Shown one piece after another: positions 1 through 9,723 of a DNA stretch of 32,000 bases. Position numbers and translations under genes: made by a program. Below the pieces are notes generated by a model. It saw only the letters and a list, made by a program, of their open reading frames with translations, searched no databases and was not told the DNA's origin. Origin of the DNA: Opitutales bacterium (lineage in GTDB: Bacteria; Verrucomicrobiota; Verrucomicrobiia; Opitutales; PNEW01). Every line of letters starts with the position of its first letter. The stretch's first letter is position 1. The stretch is taken from the NCBI GenBank assembly GCA_965219535.1, contig CBDCNV010000001.1:1080001-1112000 (forward strand), written 5' to 3'.

Positions 1-1
1 A

Positions 2-595
2 CCTGATCCTTACTATGCATCAATGGTAATGGATGGTGGGGCAAACGGCATTATTGCTCCTTATGTAGAAACCGTTGAGCAAGTTAAGGCTTTAAGCGGC
101 GCGGTAAAGCTGCGGCCGGTTAAAGGAATGCGCCTCCAAAAGCGATTAGAAGGGGGAGGAAAATTTGAAACGGGCTTGGAGAAATATCTCGAAGTTAATA
201 ATAGAGAAAACGTTTTAATCGTAAATATTGAGAGCGTCCCCGCGATGAATAACCTCGATGACATTCTCCAGGTTAAAGAACTTGATGGGGTCTTAATCGG
301 ACCTCACGACCTGTCTTGCAGCCTGGGAATCCCGGAGCAATACCATCTTAAAAAGTTTGATAAGGCAGTGCGGGAGATTTTTAAAAAGGCCCGCCAACAG
401 AATAAAGGGGCAGGGATCCATTACTGGCAGAGCATCAAACAGGAAATAGCCTGGTATAAAACGGGTGCTAATTTAATCATTCACGGCGTTGACCTTCTCG
501 CATTTGTTGACTCGATGGAAAAGGACCTGACTCATCTGCGTAAGGCGCTTGGTGATGACCGGGAGTTGAAGAAAAGGCGGAATGTTAACATATAA
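2..595 (+). CDS. HpcH/HpaI-family aldolase (2,4-dihydroxyhept-2-ene-1,7-dioate aldolase-like), 5' end cut by the window edge
   Basis: The reading frame is open from base 2, with no stop before the first Met at 23. The track ORF 23..595 is therefore the C-terminal part of a longer gene. 'DGGANGIIAPYVETVEQV', 'NIESVPAMNNLDDIL' and 'DGVLIGPHDLSCSLG' fit the HpcH/HpaI TIM-barrel aldolase pattern as I remember it. Confidence 0.65.
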   Translation, partial: PDPYYASMVMDGGANGIIAPYVETVEQVKALSGAVKLRPVKGMRLQKRLEGGGKFETGLEKYLEVNNRENVLIVNIESVPAMNNLDDILQVKELDGVLIGPHDLSCSLGIPEQYHLKKFDKAVREIFKKARQQNKGAGIHYWQSIKQEIAWYKTGANLIIHGVDLLAFVDSMEKDLTHLRKALGDDRELKKRRNVNI

Positions 596-851
596 ATTCG
601 ACCGTAAGTATTAACCATAATCGCTTAAAAAATGTATCTGCTACTATCAGCCCATCATCGATGATTCTTTTTCAGTGGACGGAGTTTAGTAGAGTTGAGT
701 ATTGCGGTGAGTTTGATGCATGAAATAAATTTAGATTCCATACCCGTTTTTTAACCGAACTCATTCAATTACGGATTGACCATCTCTCCTCTTTACCTTT
801 TATTTTCTCGCTTTTCCTGACAACCCTAAGCCATCATTATTTCCTCCTATT

Positions 852-2165
852 GTGAATATTAGCACCAAAGATATAAGTGAAACGCGCAAAACGCTCGTCG
901 TGTCTGTTTCAGGGCAAGAAGTTGAAGCTGAGGCGGCGAAATTATTAGGTGAGTTTTCACATTCCGTGAAAATTCAGGGATTTCGCCCTGGAAAGGCCCC
1001 GGCATCGCTCATTCAGAAGCGATATGGAAAAGAATTAGAGAGTGAGTTAAACCGTAAAGTGACCTCGGAAGCGTATGAAAAGTCATTAAAAGACTCAAAA
1101 CTCGATATCTATAATGTCGTGAGTGTCGACGACGCGAAATTTTCACCGGGAAAAGATGGAAAGGTTGAAATTACGGTCGATGTTAACCCTTCATTTAATC
1201 TTCCTGAATACAAGGGCATTCCCACAGAAGTATCATCTGCGGACGTCGATGAGACAGAGGTGGATAATGCCATCGAAGAAATTCGCAAACAACGCTCAGA
1301 TTTTAAGGAAGTCACACGCGATGTTAAAAAGGGTGATTTTGTAAAAGTCAGTTATGAGGGAAAGATTGGTAAGCAACTGATTGCTGAAATTGTACCCGAA
1401 CAGCATATTTTTGGTAAGCAGGAAAATACCTGGGAGGAGGCAGGAGCTGAAAATGATATGGGAGTAAAAGCCGTTGTTGACGGGTTGATTGGGATGAAAG
1501 TCGGTGATAAAAAGAATGCGGAGATGAAATTCCCAAAAGATCACGCGGTCGAAGAACTTAAGGGTAAAAAAGCGGATTATACAATGGAAGTTCACGAAGT
1601 GCGTGAACGCGTCCTACCCGAATTGAATGAAGAATTTTTAAAGCAATTGCATGTTGAGAATCTTGAACAGTTTAGAAAGCAAATAAATGATGAATTAAAG
1701 CACCGCAAAGAGCAGGAAATCAATCAGTCATTGCGCTCTCAAATAACCGAGGTGTTGGATAAACGTATTGAATTTCCTCTCCCTGAAAGTGCGATCGAGT
1801 TTGAAGCCGCGGGAATCTTTAATGATATCGTAAATCAAAACAGGCAAAGAGGTATGCCCGACAGCGAATTTCAAAAACATGAAGAGGAAATTCGTACAAA
1901 CGCGAAAAGCACGGCCGCGCATCGCGTAAAATTGCAAATCATTCTTGGGCGCATCGCGAAAGAAGAGAAGATCGAAATAAAAAATGAGGACATACAGAGC
2001 CATATAATGGCTGAAGCCATGCAGACGGGGACGAAACCGGAACGAATTTTAAAAGAATTGCAGAAAAGTAGAGGGCAGATGATGGCCATTCAAAAGTCTA
2101 TTATCTATAATAAAACACTCGAATACTTGGTAAAAGAATCAGCCGTTACGTTTAAAAAGAGTTAA
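852..2165 (+). CDS. tig: trigger factor (ribosome-associated peptidyl-prolyl isomerase chaperone)
   Basis: GTG start, 437 aa. It has the N-terminal ribosome-binding signature 'GFRPGKAP' and a central FKBP-like segment. It sits in the classic tig-clpP-clpX gene order. Confidence 0.9.
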   Translation: MNISTKDISETRKTLVVSVSGQEVEAEAAKLLGEFSHSVKIQGFRPGKAPASLIQKRYGKELESELNRKVTSEAYEKSLKDSKLDIYNVVSVDDAKFSPGKDGKVEITVDVNPSFNLPEYKGIPTEVSSADVDETEVDNAIEEIRKQRSDFKEVTRDVKKGDFVKVSYEGKIGKQLIAEIVPEQHIFGKQENTWEEAGAENDMGVKAVVDGLIGMKVGDKKNAEMKFPKDHAVEELKGKKADYTMEVHEVRERVLPELNEEFLKQLHVENLEQFRKQINDELKHRKEQEINQSLRSQITEVLDKRIEFPLPESAIEFEAAGIFNDIVNQNRQRGMPDSEFQKHEEEIRTNAKSTAAHRVKLQIILGRIAKEEKIEIKNEDIQSHIMAEAMQTGTKPERILKELQKSRGQMMAIQKSIIYNKTLEYLVKESAVTFKKS

Positions 2166-2337
2166 GCCTTCATCGAATTATCGGTTTCGAAATTCGAAAA
2201 TGTAATTTTATTGGAACATTATTATGGTGGGATTTTCGAATAGTGATGAGAATCTATGATTGATAAACCTTTTTATTTCGCTTGATAAACAGGAATCACA
2301 AGAATAATTTATTACTTTTAATTTGGAGGACCCGTTG

Positions 2338-2970
2338 GTGAGTTATTATTTACCATTACCACATATTGTTGAAAACGATGGCCGGACCGAACGTCATTGG
2401 GACGTTTACAGTCGTCTACTTAAAGATCGGATAATCTTTATTGGTACCCCCATTGATGATTATGTCGCTAACGGGGTTATTGCGCAGATGCTGGTCTTGC
2501 AAGGTGAAGATCCAAAAAAAGAAATTCAACTTTATATCAATTCTCCCGGCGGCAACGTTACTGACGGGATGGCTATTTATGATACCATGAATTTTTTGGG
2601 CTGTGACGTGGTGACCTATTGTGTCGGTATGGCGGCAAGCTTGGGTACTGTACTCCTGGCTTCGGGGACGCCGGGAAAACGATTTGCCCTGCCCAACAGC
2701 CGGATAATGATACACCAGCCTTCAGGGGGCGCTACCGGTCAGACCTCTGACATTTCAATTGTAGCGCGGGAAATCTTACGCTGGAAAAATAAGATTAACG
2801 AAATACTTTCAAAGCATACCGGAAAACCGATTGAACAAATTGAAAGCGATTCCGATCGCGACTACTACATGTCAGCGGAAGAAGCTAAAGAATACGGCAT
2901 TGTTGATCATGTCATAGAATTTAAGAAGGATAAGAATCAGGATAAGGAGAAAGAGAAAAAATCTGCTTAA
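2338..2970 (+). CDS. clpP: ATP-dependent Clp protease proteolytic subunit
   Basis: '[13 protein letters not shown]', the active-site Ser context 'GMAASLG' and the His context 'IMIHQP' are present. The track ORF opens at TTG 2323. The in-frame GTG at 2338 lies 7 nt after a GGAGGA (2325-2330) and gives a typical ClpP N-terminus, so I prefer 2338. Confidence 0.9.
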   Translation: MSYYLPLPHIVENDGRTERHWDVYSRLLKDRIIFIGTPIDDYVANGVIAQMLVLQGEDPKKEIQLYINSPGGNVTDGMAIYDTMNFLGCDVVTYCVGMAASLGTVLLASGTPGKRFALPNSRIMIHQPSGGATGQTSDISIVAREILRWKNKINEILSKHTGKPIEQIESDSDRDYYMSAEEAKEYGIVDHVIEFKKDKNQDKEKEKKSA

Positions 2971-2994
2971 AATGATGCTGAAACAATTCCTCCG

Positions 2995-4284
2995 ATGGCA
3001 AAAACGACAAAGATGACCTTCTGTTCGTTTTGCGGAAAATCGCAAAACGAAGTACGGAAAATGATCGCTGGACCTGCTGGCGTCTATATCTGCGATTCCT
3101 GTGTAACTGTCTGTAAAACAATTATTGACCGTGAGTTGAAGTCACCCGGTCAAGATTCTAAATTTGCCTTTAAGCTAGTTAAACCTGCAGAAATCAAGGA
3201 GGCGCTTGATGATCACGTCATAAGTCAGGAGCACGCAAAAATGGTGTTATCTGTTGCCGTTTATAATCATTACAAGCGGCTTCAGGCTGAATTGGATACG
3301 GATAAATCTGACATCGGCGATCATAGTACGGAATTTAGTGAGGTCGAAATTGAAAAAAGTAATATTCTTCTTATTGGCCCGACGGGAAGCGGTAAAACAC
3401 TGCTCGCTAAATCTCTCGCTGATCTTTTAGAAGTTCCCTTCTCCATTGTTGATGCCACTACTTTAACCGAAGCAGGTTATGTGGGAGAAGACGTGGAAAA
3501 TATCGTATTACGACTGCTTCAGTCGGCTAATTACGATGTTAAAAAAGCAGAGTGTGGTATTATTTATGTTGATGAAATCGATAAGATCGGTCGCAAGACT
3601 GATAATGTATCGATTACACGAGATGTGTCGGGTGAAGGCGTACAACAGGCTCTGCTTAAGATTCTCGAAGGTACCGTTTGCAATGTACCGCCGCAGGGTG
3701 GGCGAAAACATCCGAATCAAGAGTATATTCAGGTTGATACTTCAAATGTCCTCTTTGTCTGTGGTGGCGCATTTATTGGTCTTGATAAAATCATTCATAA
3801 GAGGATAGGGCAAAAATCGATGGGCTTTGGTAACGATGATGATATCGACGAGGGGAAGAATGAAAATCTAATTAAAGAAATAGCGCCTGAAGATCTCGTT
3901 AAATATGGTATGATACCGGAATTTGTTGGCAGGTTACCCATTGTTTCCTCGCTCGAGGAACTGGAGATTGGGGACCTTGAGAAAATCCTCCTCGAAACTA
4001 AAAACGCGCTTATCAAGCAGTATCGCAAGTTGTTTTTAATGGAGGGAGTGGACTTGGTATTTACCAAGGACGCGGTGCGAGCGGTGGCAGAAAAAGCGAT
4101 CGAATTAAAAACCGGGGCTCGCGCGCTTCGTTCTATTCTCGAAAAACTGATGCTTGATATTATGTATCATCTTCCACAGATGACCGATGTCGTGGAGGTT
4201 ACTATCAATCGAGCTGTAGTTGAAGGTAGAAAAAAGGCAAAGATCCGTAAGATTTCAAAGAAGGATCGTCAGTACGCGGCTTGA
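2995..4284 (+). CDS. clpX: ATP-dependent Clp protease ATP-binding subunit ClpX
   Basis: It has the N-terminal C4 zinc finger '[11 protein letters not shown]...YICDSCV', Walker A 'GPTGSGKT' and Walker B 'IIYVDEIDK'. It lies directly downstream of clpP. Confidence 0.95.
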   Translation: MAKTTKMTFCSFCGKSQNEVRKMIAGPAGVYICDSCVTVCKTIIDRELKSPGQDSKFAFKLVKPAEIKEALDDHVISQEHAKMVLSVAVYNHYKRLQAELDTDKSDIGDHSTEFSEVEIEKSNILLIGPTGSGKTLLAKSLADLLEVPFSIVDATTLTEAGYVGEDVENIVLRLLQSANYDVKKAECGIIYVDEIDKIGRKTDNVSITRDVSGEGVQQALLKILEGTVCNVPPQGGRKHPNQEYIQVDTSNVLFVCGGAFIGLDKIIHKRIGQKSMGFGNDDDIDEGKNENLIKEIAPEDLVKYGMIPEFVGRLPIVSSLEELEIGDLEKILLETKNALIKQYRKLFLMEGVDLVFTKDAVRAVAEKAIELKTGARALRSILEKLMLDIMYHLPQMTDVVEVTINRAVVEGRKKAKIRKISKKDRQYAA

Positions 4285-4294
4285 GTGGCTGCGA

Positions 4295-5365
4295 TTACCA
4301 GTGCCCGTATTGACCCTTTTTAAGGGCCTTTGCAAAGGTGACGAGTAGTTTTACTGTATTCTCGATATCCTGCAGGTCGACGATTTCGCTCGGCGTATGC
4401 ATGTAGCGTAAGGGTATGGAAACCAGTCCGGTCGCCACACCTTCTCTTCCAATTTGGATAGAACGGGCATCCGTTCCTGTCGGTCGCGGATCCGCTTCTA
4501 GTTGATAAGGGATTTTTCCCTTTTTTGCGCAACCTACCAGTAATTTGTAGACAAAAGGATTAATGTTCGCCCCGCGGCAAATGATGGGGCCGGCACCCAG
4601 TTTCGTTTCGCCAAATTTACGATTGTCGCAGTCGGGATGGTCGGTCGCATGCCCGACATCAATGGCAATCGCAATATGCGGGTTTACAGCGTAGGTTGCG
4701 GTTATGGCTCCGCGGGTGCCAATTTCTTCCTGCGCCGTTGTCACCGTTACGACTTTAGCCGTTAATTGCTTAAATTTTGCCAGCCGACGAAACGCTTCAC
4801 TCACTACATAAGCACCGGATTTATTGTCAAACGCGCGTGCTGTTCCGATACTGCCATTAATAAGTTCAAAATTATGATCATAGGTTGCTACGTCACCGAT
4901 CTCCACGAGTTTTAAAGCATCTTTTTTACTCTCGACACCGATATCGATCCACATCGCTTCTAACTTTGGAACCTTATTTCGGTCTTCAACATTCATGAGA
5001 TGAACGGCCCTTTTACCCGTTACGCCCTTCACCACACCTTTGGCGGTTAGGATATTAACACGGCGTCCGGAAATCATAATTCTATCATGGCCCCCAATCG
5101 TATCGAAATAGAGATAACCATCTTTATCGATATATTTTATAATGAACCCCAGCTCGTCCATATGACCGGCTAACATGAGCACGGGGTCTCCCTTCGCATT
5201 AATCGTCGCGATACGGTTGCCCATCGCATCTTTGCTGTATTTATCGGCAACCGGTTTGAGATAACGGTCGATTACACGATGTGCCTCGTCCTCGTATCCT
5301 GAAGGTGATCGGGCATTGAGCAGGTCAATGAGAAATTTTGGAGGAGAATAAGATTTTACGGCCAT
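4295..5365 (-). CDS. M42-family metallopeptidase (glutamyl aminopeptidase / FrvX-YsdC-like)
   Basis: 356 aa. 'LLNARSPSGYEDEA', 'GHMDELGFII' and 'AFDNKSG' fit the M42 family pattern from memory. Its 3' end is only 10 nt from the clpX stop (convergent genes). Confidence 0.8.
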   Translation of the reverse strand: MAVKSYSPPKFLIDLLNARSPSGYEDEAHRVIDRYLKPVADKYSKDAMGNRIATINAKGDPVLMLAGHMDELGFIIKYIDKDGYLYFDTIGGHDRIMISGRRVNILTAKGVVKGVTGKRAVHLMNVEDRNKVPKLEAMWIDIGVESKKDALKLVEIGDVATYDHNFELINGSIGTARAFDNKSGAYVVSEAFRRLAKFKQLTAKVVTVTTAQEEIGTRGAITATYAVNPHIAIAIDVGHATDHPDCDNRKFGETKLGAGPIICRGANINPFVYKLLVGCAKKGKIPYQLEADPRPTGTDARSIQIGREGVATGLVSIPLRYMHTPSEIVDLQDIENTVKLLVTFAKALKKGQYGHW

Positions 5366-5540
5366 AAGTGTTTTTTGATGCTATTTAAGTTCAATCATGG
5401 CACTCCTTAAAATTAAAATGATCAATAAAAAAAAGTGGATCTGTCTTAATCAAACGCACGCCAGCATCAAATTGTTCGTAAATCAATATTCAGGAAAAAT
5501 ATTACTTTTCAATTTTGATCGATCTACTAATAATTAATCG

Positions 5541-6260
5541 GTGAATATTTATCCAGCTATCGATATACGAAAAGGGCGTTGCGTACGGTTAAAACAGGGG
5601 AGAGCCGATTGTGAAACCGTTTATTTTGATGACCCCGTCGAACCTGCTCGGCTGTGGCGTGAGGCTGGGACGCAATGGGTTCACGTCGTTGATCTGGATG
5701 GCGCCCTGTCGGGTGAACCACAAAACTGGCAGGTGATCGAAAAGATATGCGCCACCGGATTACTAGTGCAGATGGGGGGTGGTCTGCGTGAGAGTGTAAG
5801 CATTGAAAGAGCTTTCAATATAGGCGTTAGCCGCGTCGTCATTGGCACAAAAGCCTGTGAAGACGAAATGTTTATCAAGAAATTAGTCGATGAGCATTCG
5901 GATAAGATCGCGGTCGGAATCGACGCGAAAAACGGTCGCGTGGCGACACAAGGGTGGGTCAATACCACGGAATTAGAGGCTCTTGATTTTGCAACGAGGA
6001 TTTCAGCTCTAGGGGTAGGGACAATCATCCATACTGACATCAGTCGCGATGGGATGCTTTACGGTCCGAATTTTATCGAGCAGGAAAAAATGCTCTCAAA
6101 AGTAGACGCCAAGATTATCGCGTCTGGAGGCGTATCGACTTATGAAGACATCAATAAATTTTTTGAAATGAGTGAAAAACACCCAAGCCTGGATGGTGTA
6201 ATAATTGGCAAGGCGCTATACGAAAAAAAAATCGATCTTGCGCAAGTTTTCAGACGTTAA
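5541..6260 (+). CDS. hisA: 1-(5-phosphoribosyl)-5-[(5-phosphoribosylamino)methylideneamino]imidazole-4-carboxamide isomerase
   Basis: GTG start, 239 aa. 'IYPAIDIRKGRCVRL', 'VHVVDLDGA' and 'ASGGVSTYEDI' are typical of HisA (the HisA/HisF barrel). Confidence 0.88.
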   Translation: MNIYPAIDIRKGRCVRLKQGRADCETVYFDDPVEPARLWREAGTQWVHVVDLDGALSGEPQNWQVIEKICATGLLVQMGGGLRESVSIERAFNIGVSRVVIGTKACEDEMFIKKLVDEHSDKIAVGIDAKNGRVATQGWVNTTELEALDFATRISALGVGTIIHTDISRDGMLYGPNFIEQEKMLSKVDAKIIASGGVSTYEDINKFFEMSEKHPSLDGVIIGKALYEKKIDLAQVFRR

Positions 6261-6337
6261 GAATTGAGGACAGCGAATATCTGCTTCTTGTAGAAGGAGA
6301 TTATAACCCCGGAGGGGTGCTATCAATTGCGTTTTAA

Positions 6338-6431
6338 ATCTTCGTCTTCGTCTGCGTCTGCCTCTTCGTCCCTGTTATAGTAAGGGGTGAATAAAACTGA
6401 CGAAGACGAAGAGACAGACGAAGACGAAGAT
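6338..6431. repeat. Compact copy of the CTTCGT-module hairpin element (94 nt, 17-bp perfect terminal inverted repeats)
   Basis: ATCTTCGTCTTCGTCTG (6338-6354) is the exact reverse complement of CAGACGAAGACGAAGAT (6415-6431). A second 9-bp stem pairs 6362-6370 with 6405-6413. The connector motifs CCTCTTCGTCCCTGTTATA (6361-6379) and AAGGGGTGAATAAAA (6382-6396) recur at 18636-18654 and 18698-18711. Confidence 0.85.
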
Positions 6432-6457
6432 AGGCTAAATTATTGTTTATGCTGTCG

Positions 6458-7864
6458 TTATTCGGATTGGAGGACAGCGCCCTTTAGCGTTTTGGCAATT
6501 TCTTCCAACGGATAGGTCCAGATTTCTGAAAGAGTGGGGTGATACCAGTGCGTTTTTAGGAGATCACTGGCAGTTGCTTCAAGGGATACCGCTACAGCTA
6601 AAGAGTGAATAAGCTCTCCAGCATCTTTACCTACGCATTCAGCTCCAACGACACAGCCATCGGACTTGCGTGCAAGAACTTTGACATAGCCGTATTTCGC
6701 TTCCATGAGAATTGATTTTCCATGGTCATTAAACGGAAATTCCGCGGAAAGGTAATCGATATTTCGATCGGTCAAATCTCTATCAGATAATCCGACCGTG
6801 GCTACTTGTGGATCGGTAAAAATTATTTTTAAGAGGTGGTCGTAATTTATTGAGTTGTATTTCTGACCTGAGGCGTGCTTGGCGGCCAATTCACCCTGCA
6901 TAATCGCGACGTGAACGATTTCGTGAGGTCCGCAACAATCACCGGCAGCGTAAACGCGTGCATTCGAGGTCTGCTGATTTGCGTTGATCTTGATGTGTCC
7001 GCTGGGGAGAAGGTCAATACTCGCATTCTCAAGCGCGAGACCTGATGTATTGGGTATGCGCCCAAGACTGTTAAATAAATGGGCAGCCTTGCATACAACC
7101 TCATTGCCCCGGTGGGAAAAGGTTACCTGAATACCTTTGTTTTCCTTTGAAATATTCTCGATCTTAGTGTCGGTATAAAGTTCGATCCCTTCATCGCGAA
7201 AAGCCTGTTCAATAACATTGGCCGCGCTGGATGAAGATTCTTTTAGGATATGTCCACTGCGCTGAATCATGGTAACTTTGCTGCCGATACGATTCAAATA
7301 CTGAGTTAATTCGCAGGCTACTACCCCTCCACCCAATACAATGATCGATTCCGGAAGAGTGTTTAGCTCCAGCACTTCGTCGCTCGTTAGCGTGGGTACG
7401 CTATCCAGTCCGGGGACGGGGGGGTGGTTAATAATCGAACCGGTCGCGATAAGGAAATTATCACCACTCAGTTTAGTCCCGTCATCGAGGATAATCGTTT
7501 TTTTATCAATAAAGCGGGCGTTGCTGCGATAAAGATCGAAGCGGTCAGACTCTAATTCCTCTACCCGATAGTCCGCAAATTCACCAATTACCTTTTCTTT
7601 CCGCGCTTGCAGCGTGTCCATATCAGCCTGAGCCTGGGGAATGTTTAATCCGAATTGTTCTCCGTGACTCGCATGGTGGAGAACTTCGGCCGCATAGATG
7701 ACCGTTTTTGATGGCATGCACCCTCGTAAAATACAGAGTCCGGCCAGTTTATCAGCACCATCAACAATGGCCACTTTCTCACATTTCTCACGCGCGGTTC
7801 GCGCGCCTGCATAGCCGCCGCTCCCACCGCCGATGACTATAAAATCATAATGCTCGCTCATCAT
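6458..7864 (-). CDS. class-I pyridine nucleotide-disulfide oxidoreductase (dihydrolipoyl dehydrogenase / glutathione reductase family)
   Basis: 468 aa. It has the FAD-binding 'VIGGGSGGYAGA', the redox-active disulfide 'CILRGCMPSK', a second dinucleotide fold 'VLGGGVVACE', and a C-terminal dimerisation region with 'HPTLSE'. No partner E1/E2 genes are adjacent, so the substrate is left open. Confidence 0.75.
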   Translation of the reverse strand: MMSEHYDFIVIGGGSGGYAGARTAREKCEKVAIVDGADKLAGLCILRGCMPSKTVIYAAEVLHHASHGEQFGLNIPQAQADMDTLQARKEKVIGEFADYRVEELESDRFDLYRSNARFIDKKTIILDDGTKLSGDNFLIATGSIINHPPVPGLDSVPTLTSDEVLELNTLPESIIVLGGGVVACELTQYLNRIGSKVTMIQRSGHILKESSSSAANVIEQAFRDEGIELYTDTKIENISKENKGIQVTFSHRGNEVVCKAAHLFNSLGRIPNTSGLALENASIDLLPSGHIKINANQQTSNARVYAAGDCCGPHEIVHVAIMQGELAAKHASGQKYNSINYDHLLKIIFTDPQVATVGLSDRDLTDRNIDYLSAEFPFNDHGKSILMEAKYGYVKVLARKSDGCVVGAECVGKDAGELIHSLAVAVSLEATASDLLKTHWYHPTLSEIWTYPLEEIAKTLKGAVLQSE

Positions 7865-7972
7865 TGGGCTTTCGTTATGTTTTTTTATTTAACAGATTGA
7901 TAATTGTTCATTCAATTTATAATGACACGAAATTAGTTAGAATAAAACTAACTTCTTTCTTCTTTTAAAGCT

Positions 7973-9499
7973 ATGCAATGGAAAAATATTATACCCTATT
8001 CGTTAATTTTCTTGGCGACTCTTTCTCCCGAAGACAAATTAGCAGCTTCATTAAAAGATATAGACCTTAATAATCCTCCACACGGTTTATTTCTAGAAGA
8101 GTGGATGGAAATATATCTCAGCGGTTCCAAAGTAGGTTACGCGCATTATTCTCTCGTTCGCAAAGGTGATGATATTCATTCTATGATGCAAATGCGAATG
8201 CAATTCAGCCGCGGTCCTATTACGATGAAACTTGAAACGGATCAGGGGACGGTTGAATCCATCGATGGCGAACCGAAGAAATTTACAATGCGGACAACGA
8301 TGGCGGGAATTCCCGTTATCACGGAAGGCGAAATAGCAGAGGGGAAAGTATCCGTTTCAACCCGACAGTTGGAGATGAATAGGAAAAAGGAATATGATTG
8401 GCCATCCGGTGCTTTAATGTCTTGGGGTGTCAATCGAGAAACCCTGGAACGCGGTTACGCTCCCGGCACCACTTATACGCTGGATGTCTATAGCCCGGAT
8501 ATGCATCTCAATAAAGCAGTATCCAGCCGCGTTGAAGTGGGCGATAAGGAAATAGTCAATTATCGCGGCCATGCGCAAACGGCGAGTAAGTTGATTACAA
8601 CAGTCAATCTCGATCTTGGAGATATTACTACGCATTCCTGGGTCGATGAAAAGGGTGTTACGGTAAAATCTTCTCTCCAGTTCGGCGGGATGCAAGTTCT
8701 CATGTTTGCCACGGACGAAATTACCGCTCTGACCGACTTTGTGCCTGCCGACTTATTTACCCATACCCTGCTAACCTTGGATCAATCTATCCCAGAAGAT
8801 GCAAAATCAGTTATCTACCGTCTCTCCCTGAAGAATAAACAACTCAATCCGTTATTATTACCTGATACCTACTGTCAAAAAGTTCTGGAAAATAATGAGC
8901 GCGAAATTCTTCTCCGAATTGGTAGCCATGATGTAAATGATAAAAGTGAGCCGATGAGTGAATCGCTAATTGATAGTCAATCCGCTTATTTAAATTCTAA
9001 TTCTTATATCAGTACCGAAGATGATGAATTGATTGATATGGCATACAGTATAGCCGGAATTAATACCGAGAAGTTGGATCTCGCCAGTCAATTGCGTGAA
9101 TTTACGACCCATTATATTACAGATAAAACTTTGTCCGTGGGATTTGCCTCCGCAAGCGAAGTGGCTCGAAATCCATCCGGAGATTGTACCGAGCACGCCG
9201 TGTTTCTTGCTGCCCTGGGTCGGATCCGCGGCATCCCGTCAAGAGTCGCTTCAGGGCTTGCTTATATACCTGAGTACTTAGGCAAAAAAAATGTGCTCGG
9301 TTATCATATGTGGACACAATTTTACCTCGATGGGAGATGGATCGACTATGATGCCGCTTTAAAAACCAGTGATTGCTCACCGACACGTATTGCGGTTTAT
9401 ACGAGTTCTCTTGAAGATAACAATATGGCAGATTTTGCCTTTGCCCTCATGGATATGATCGGTCAGCTCGACGTGAGTATTGATTCAGTTGTATATTGA
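7973..9499 (+). CDS. secreted transglutaminase-like (cysteine protease fold) domain protein
   Basis: 508 aa with a hydrophobic N-terminus 'IIPYSLIFLATL'. The C-terminal region carries a Cys-His-Asp arrangement, 'GDCTEHAVF', 'GYHMWTQ' and 'WIDYDA', typical of transglutaminase-like superfamily domains. Confidence 0.7.
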   Translation: MQWKNIIPYSLIFLATLSPEDKLAASLKDIDLNNPPHGLFLEEWMEIYLSGSKVGYAHYSLVRKGDDIHSMMQMRMQFSRGPITMKLETDQGTVESIDGEPKKFTMRTTMAGIPVITEGEIAEGKVSVSTRQLEMNRKKEYDWPSGALMSWGVNRETLERGYAPGTTYTLDVYSPDMHLNKAVSSRVEVGDKEIVNYRGHAQTASKLITTVNLDLGDITTHSWVDEKGVTVKSSLQFGGMQVLMFATDEITALTDFVPADLFTHTLLTLDQSIPEDAKSVIYRLSLKNKQLNPLLLPDTYCQKVLENNEREILLRIGSHDVNDKSEPMSESLIDSQSAYLNSNSYISTEDDELIDMAYSIAGINTEKLDLASQLREFTTHYITDKTLSVGFASASEVARNPSGDCTEHAVFLAALGRIRGIPSRVASGLAYIPEYLGKKNVLGYHMWTQFYLDGRWIDYDAALKTSDCSPTRIAVYTSSLEDNNMADFAFALMDMIGQLDVSIDSVVY

Positions 9500-9501
9500 G
9501 G

Positions 9502-9666
9502 AGTCAAAAAGTCAAAAGGTCAAAAAGTCAAAAAGTTTCTGGATTCAGGGTTCAAGCTTCCTTCGATAATGTGCGGACTTCGTATGCATTCACTCTATAC
9601 GCATACTCGCATTTTCGACTATCCTCTTTCCACTTTTTGACCTTTTGACCTTTTGACCTTTTGACT
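9502..9666. repeat. Long inverted repeat with GTCAAAAR-octamer arms (34-nt arms, 97-nt loop)
   Basis: The left arm AGTCAAAAAGTCAAAAGGTCAAAAAGTCAAAAAG (9502-9535) matches the reverse complement of the right arm (9633-9666) at 32 of 34 positions. It starts 3 nt after the stop codon of the upstream gene. The loop contains one inverted copy of the CCCTGAA word (TTCAGGGTTCA, 9544-9554). Confidence 0.85.
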
Positions 9667-9723
9667 TATTTACCTATTGCAATTTTCATTGAGAAACCTT
9701 AATGATGCGCGTTTTTTCCAAAG

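Noticed and set aside
654-672. Palindrome ATCATCGATGAT followed by TCTTTTT about 60 nt after the aldolase stop; possible intrinsic terminator
   Set aside because: The stem is A/T-rich with essentially no loop. It does not meet usual terminator criteria.
2260-2290. TTGATAAAC repeated twice, 22 nt apart (2260-2268 and 2282-2290), upstream of clpP; possible operator or heat-shock promoter
   Set aside because: It is only two 9-mers in an A/T-rich spacer. It matches neither CIRCE nor a sigma-32 consensus, and I cannot support a regulatory call from sequence alone.
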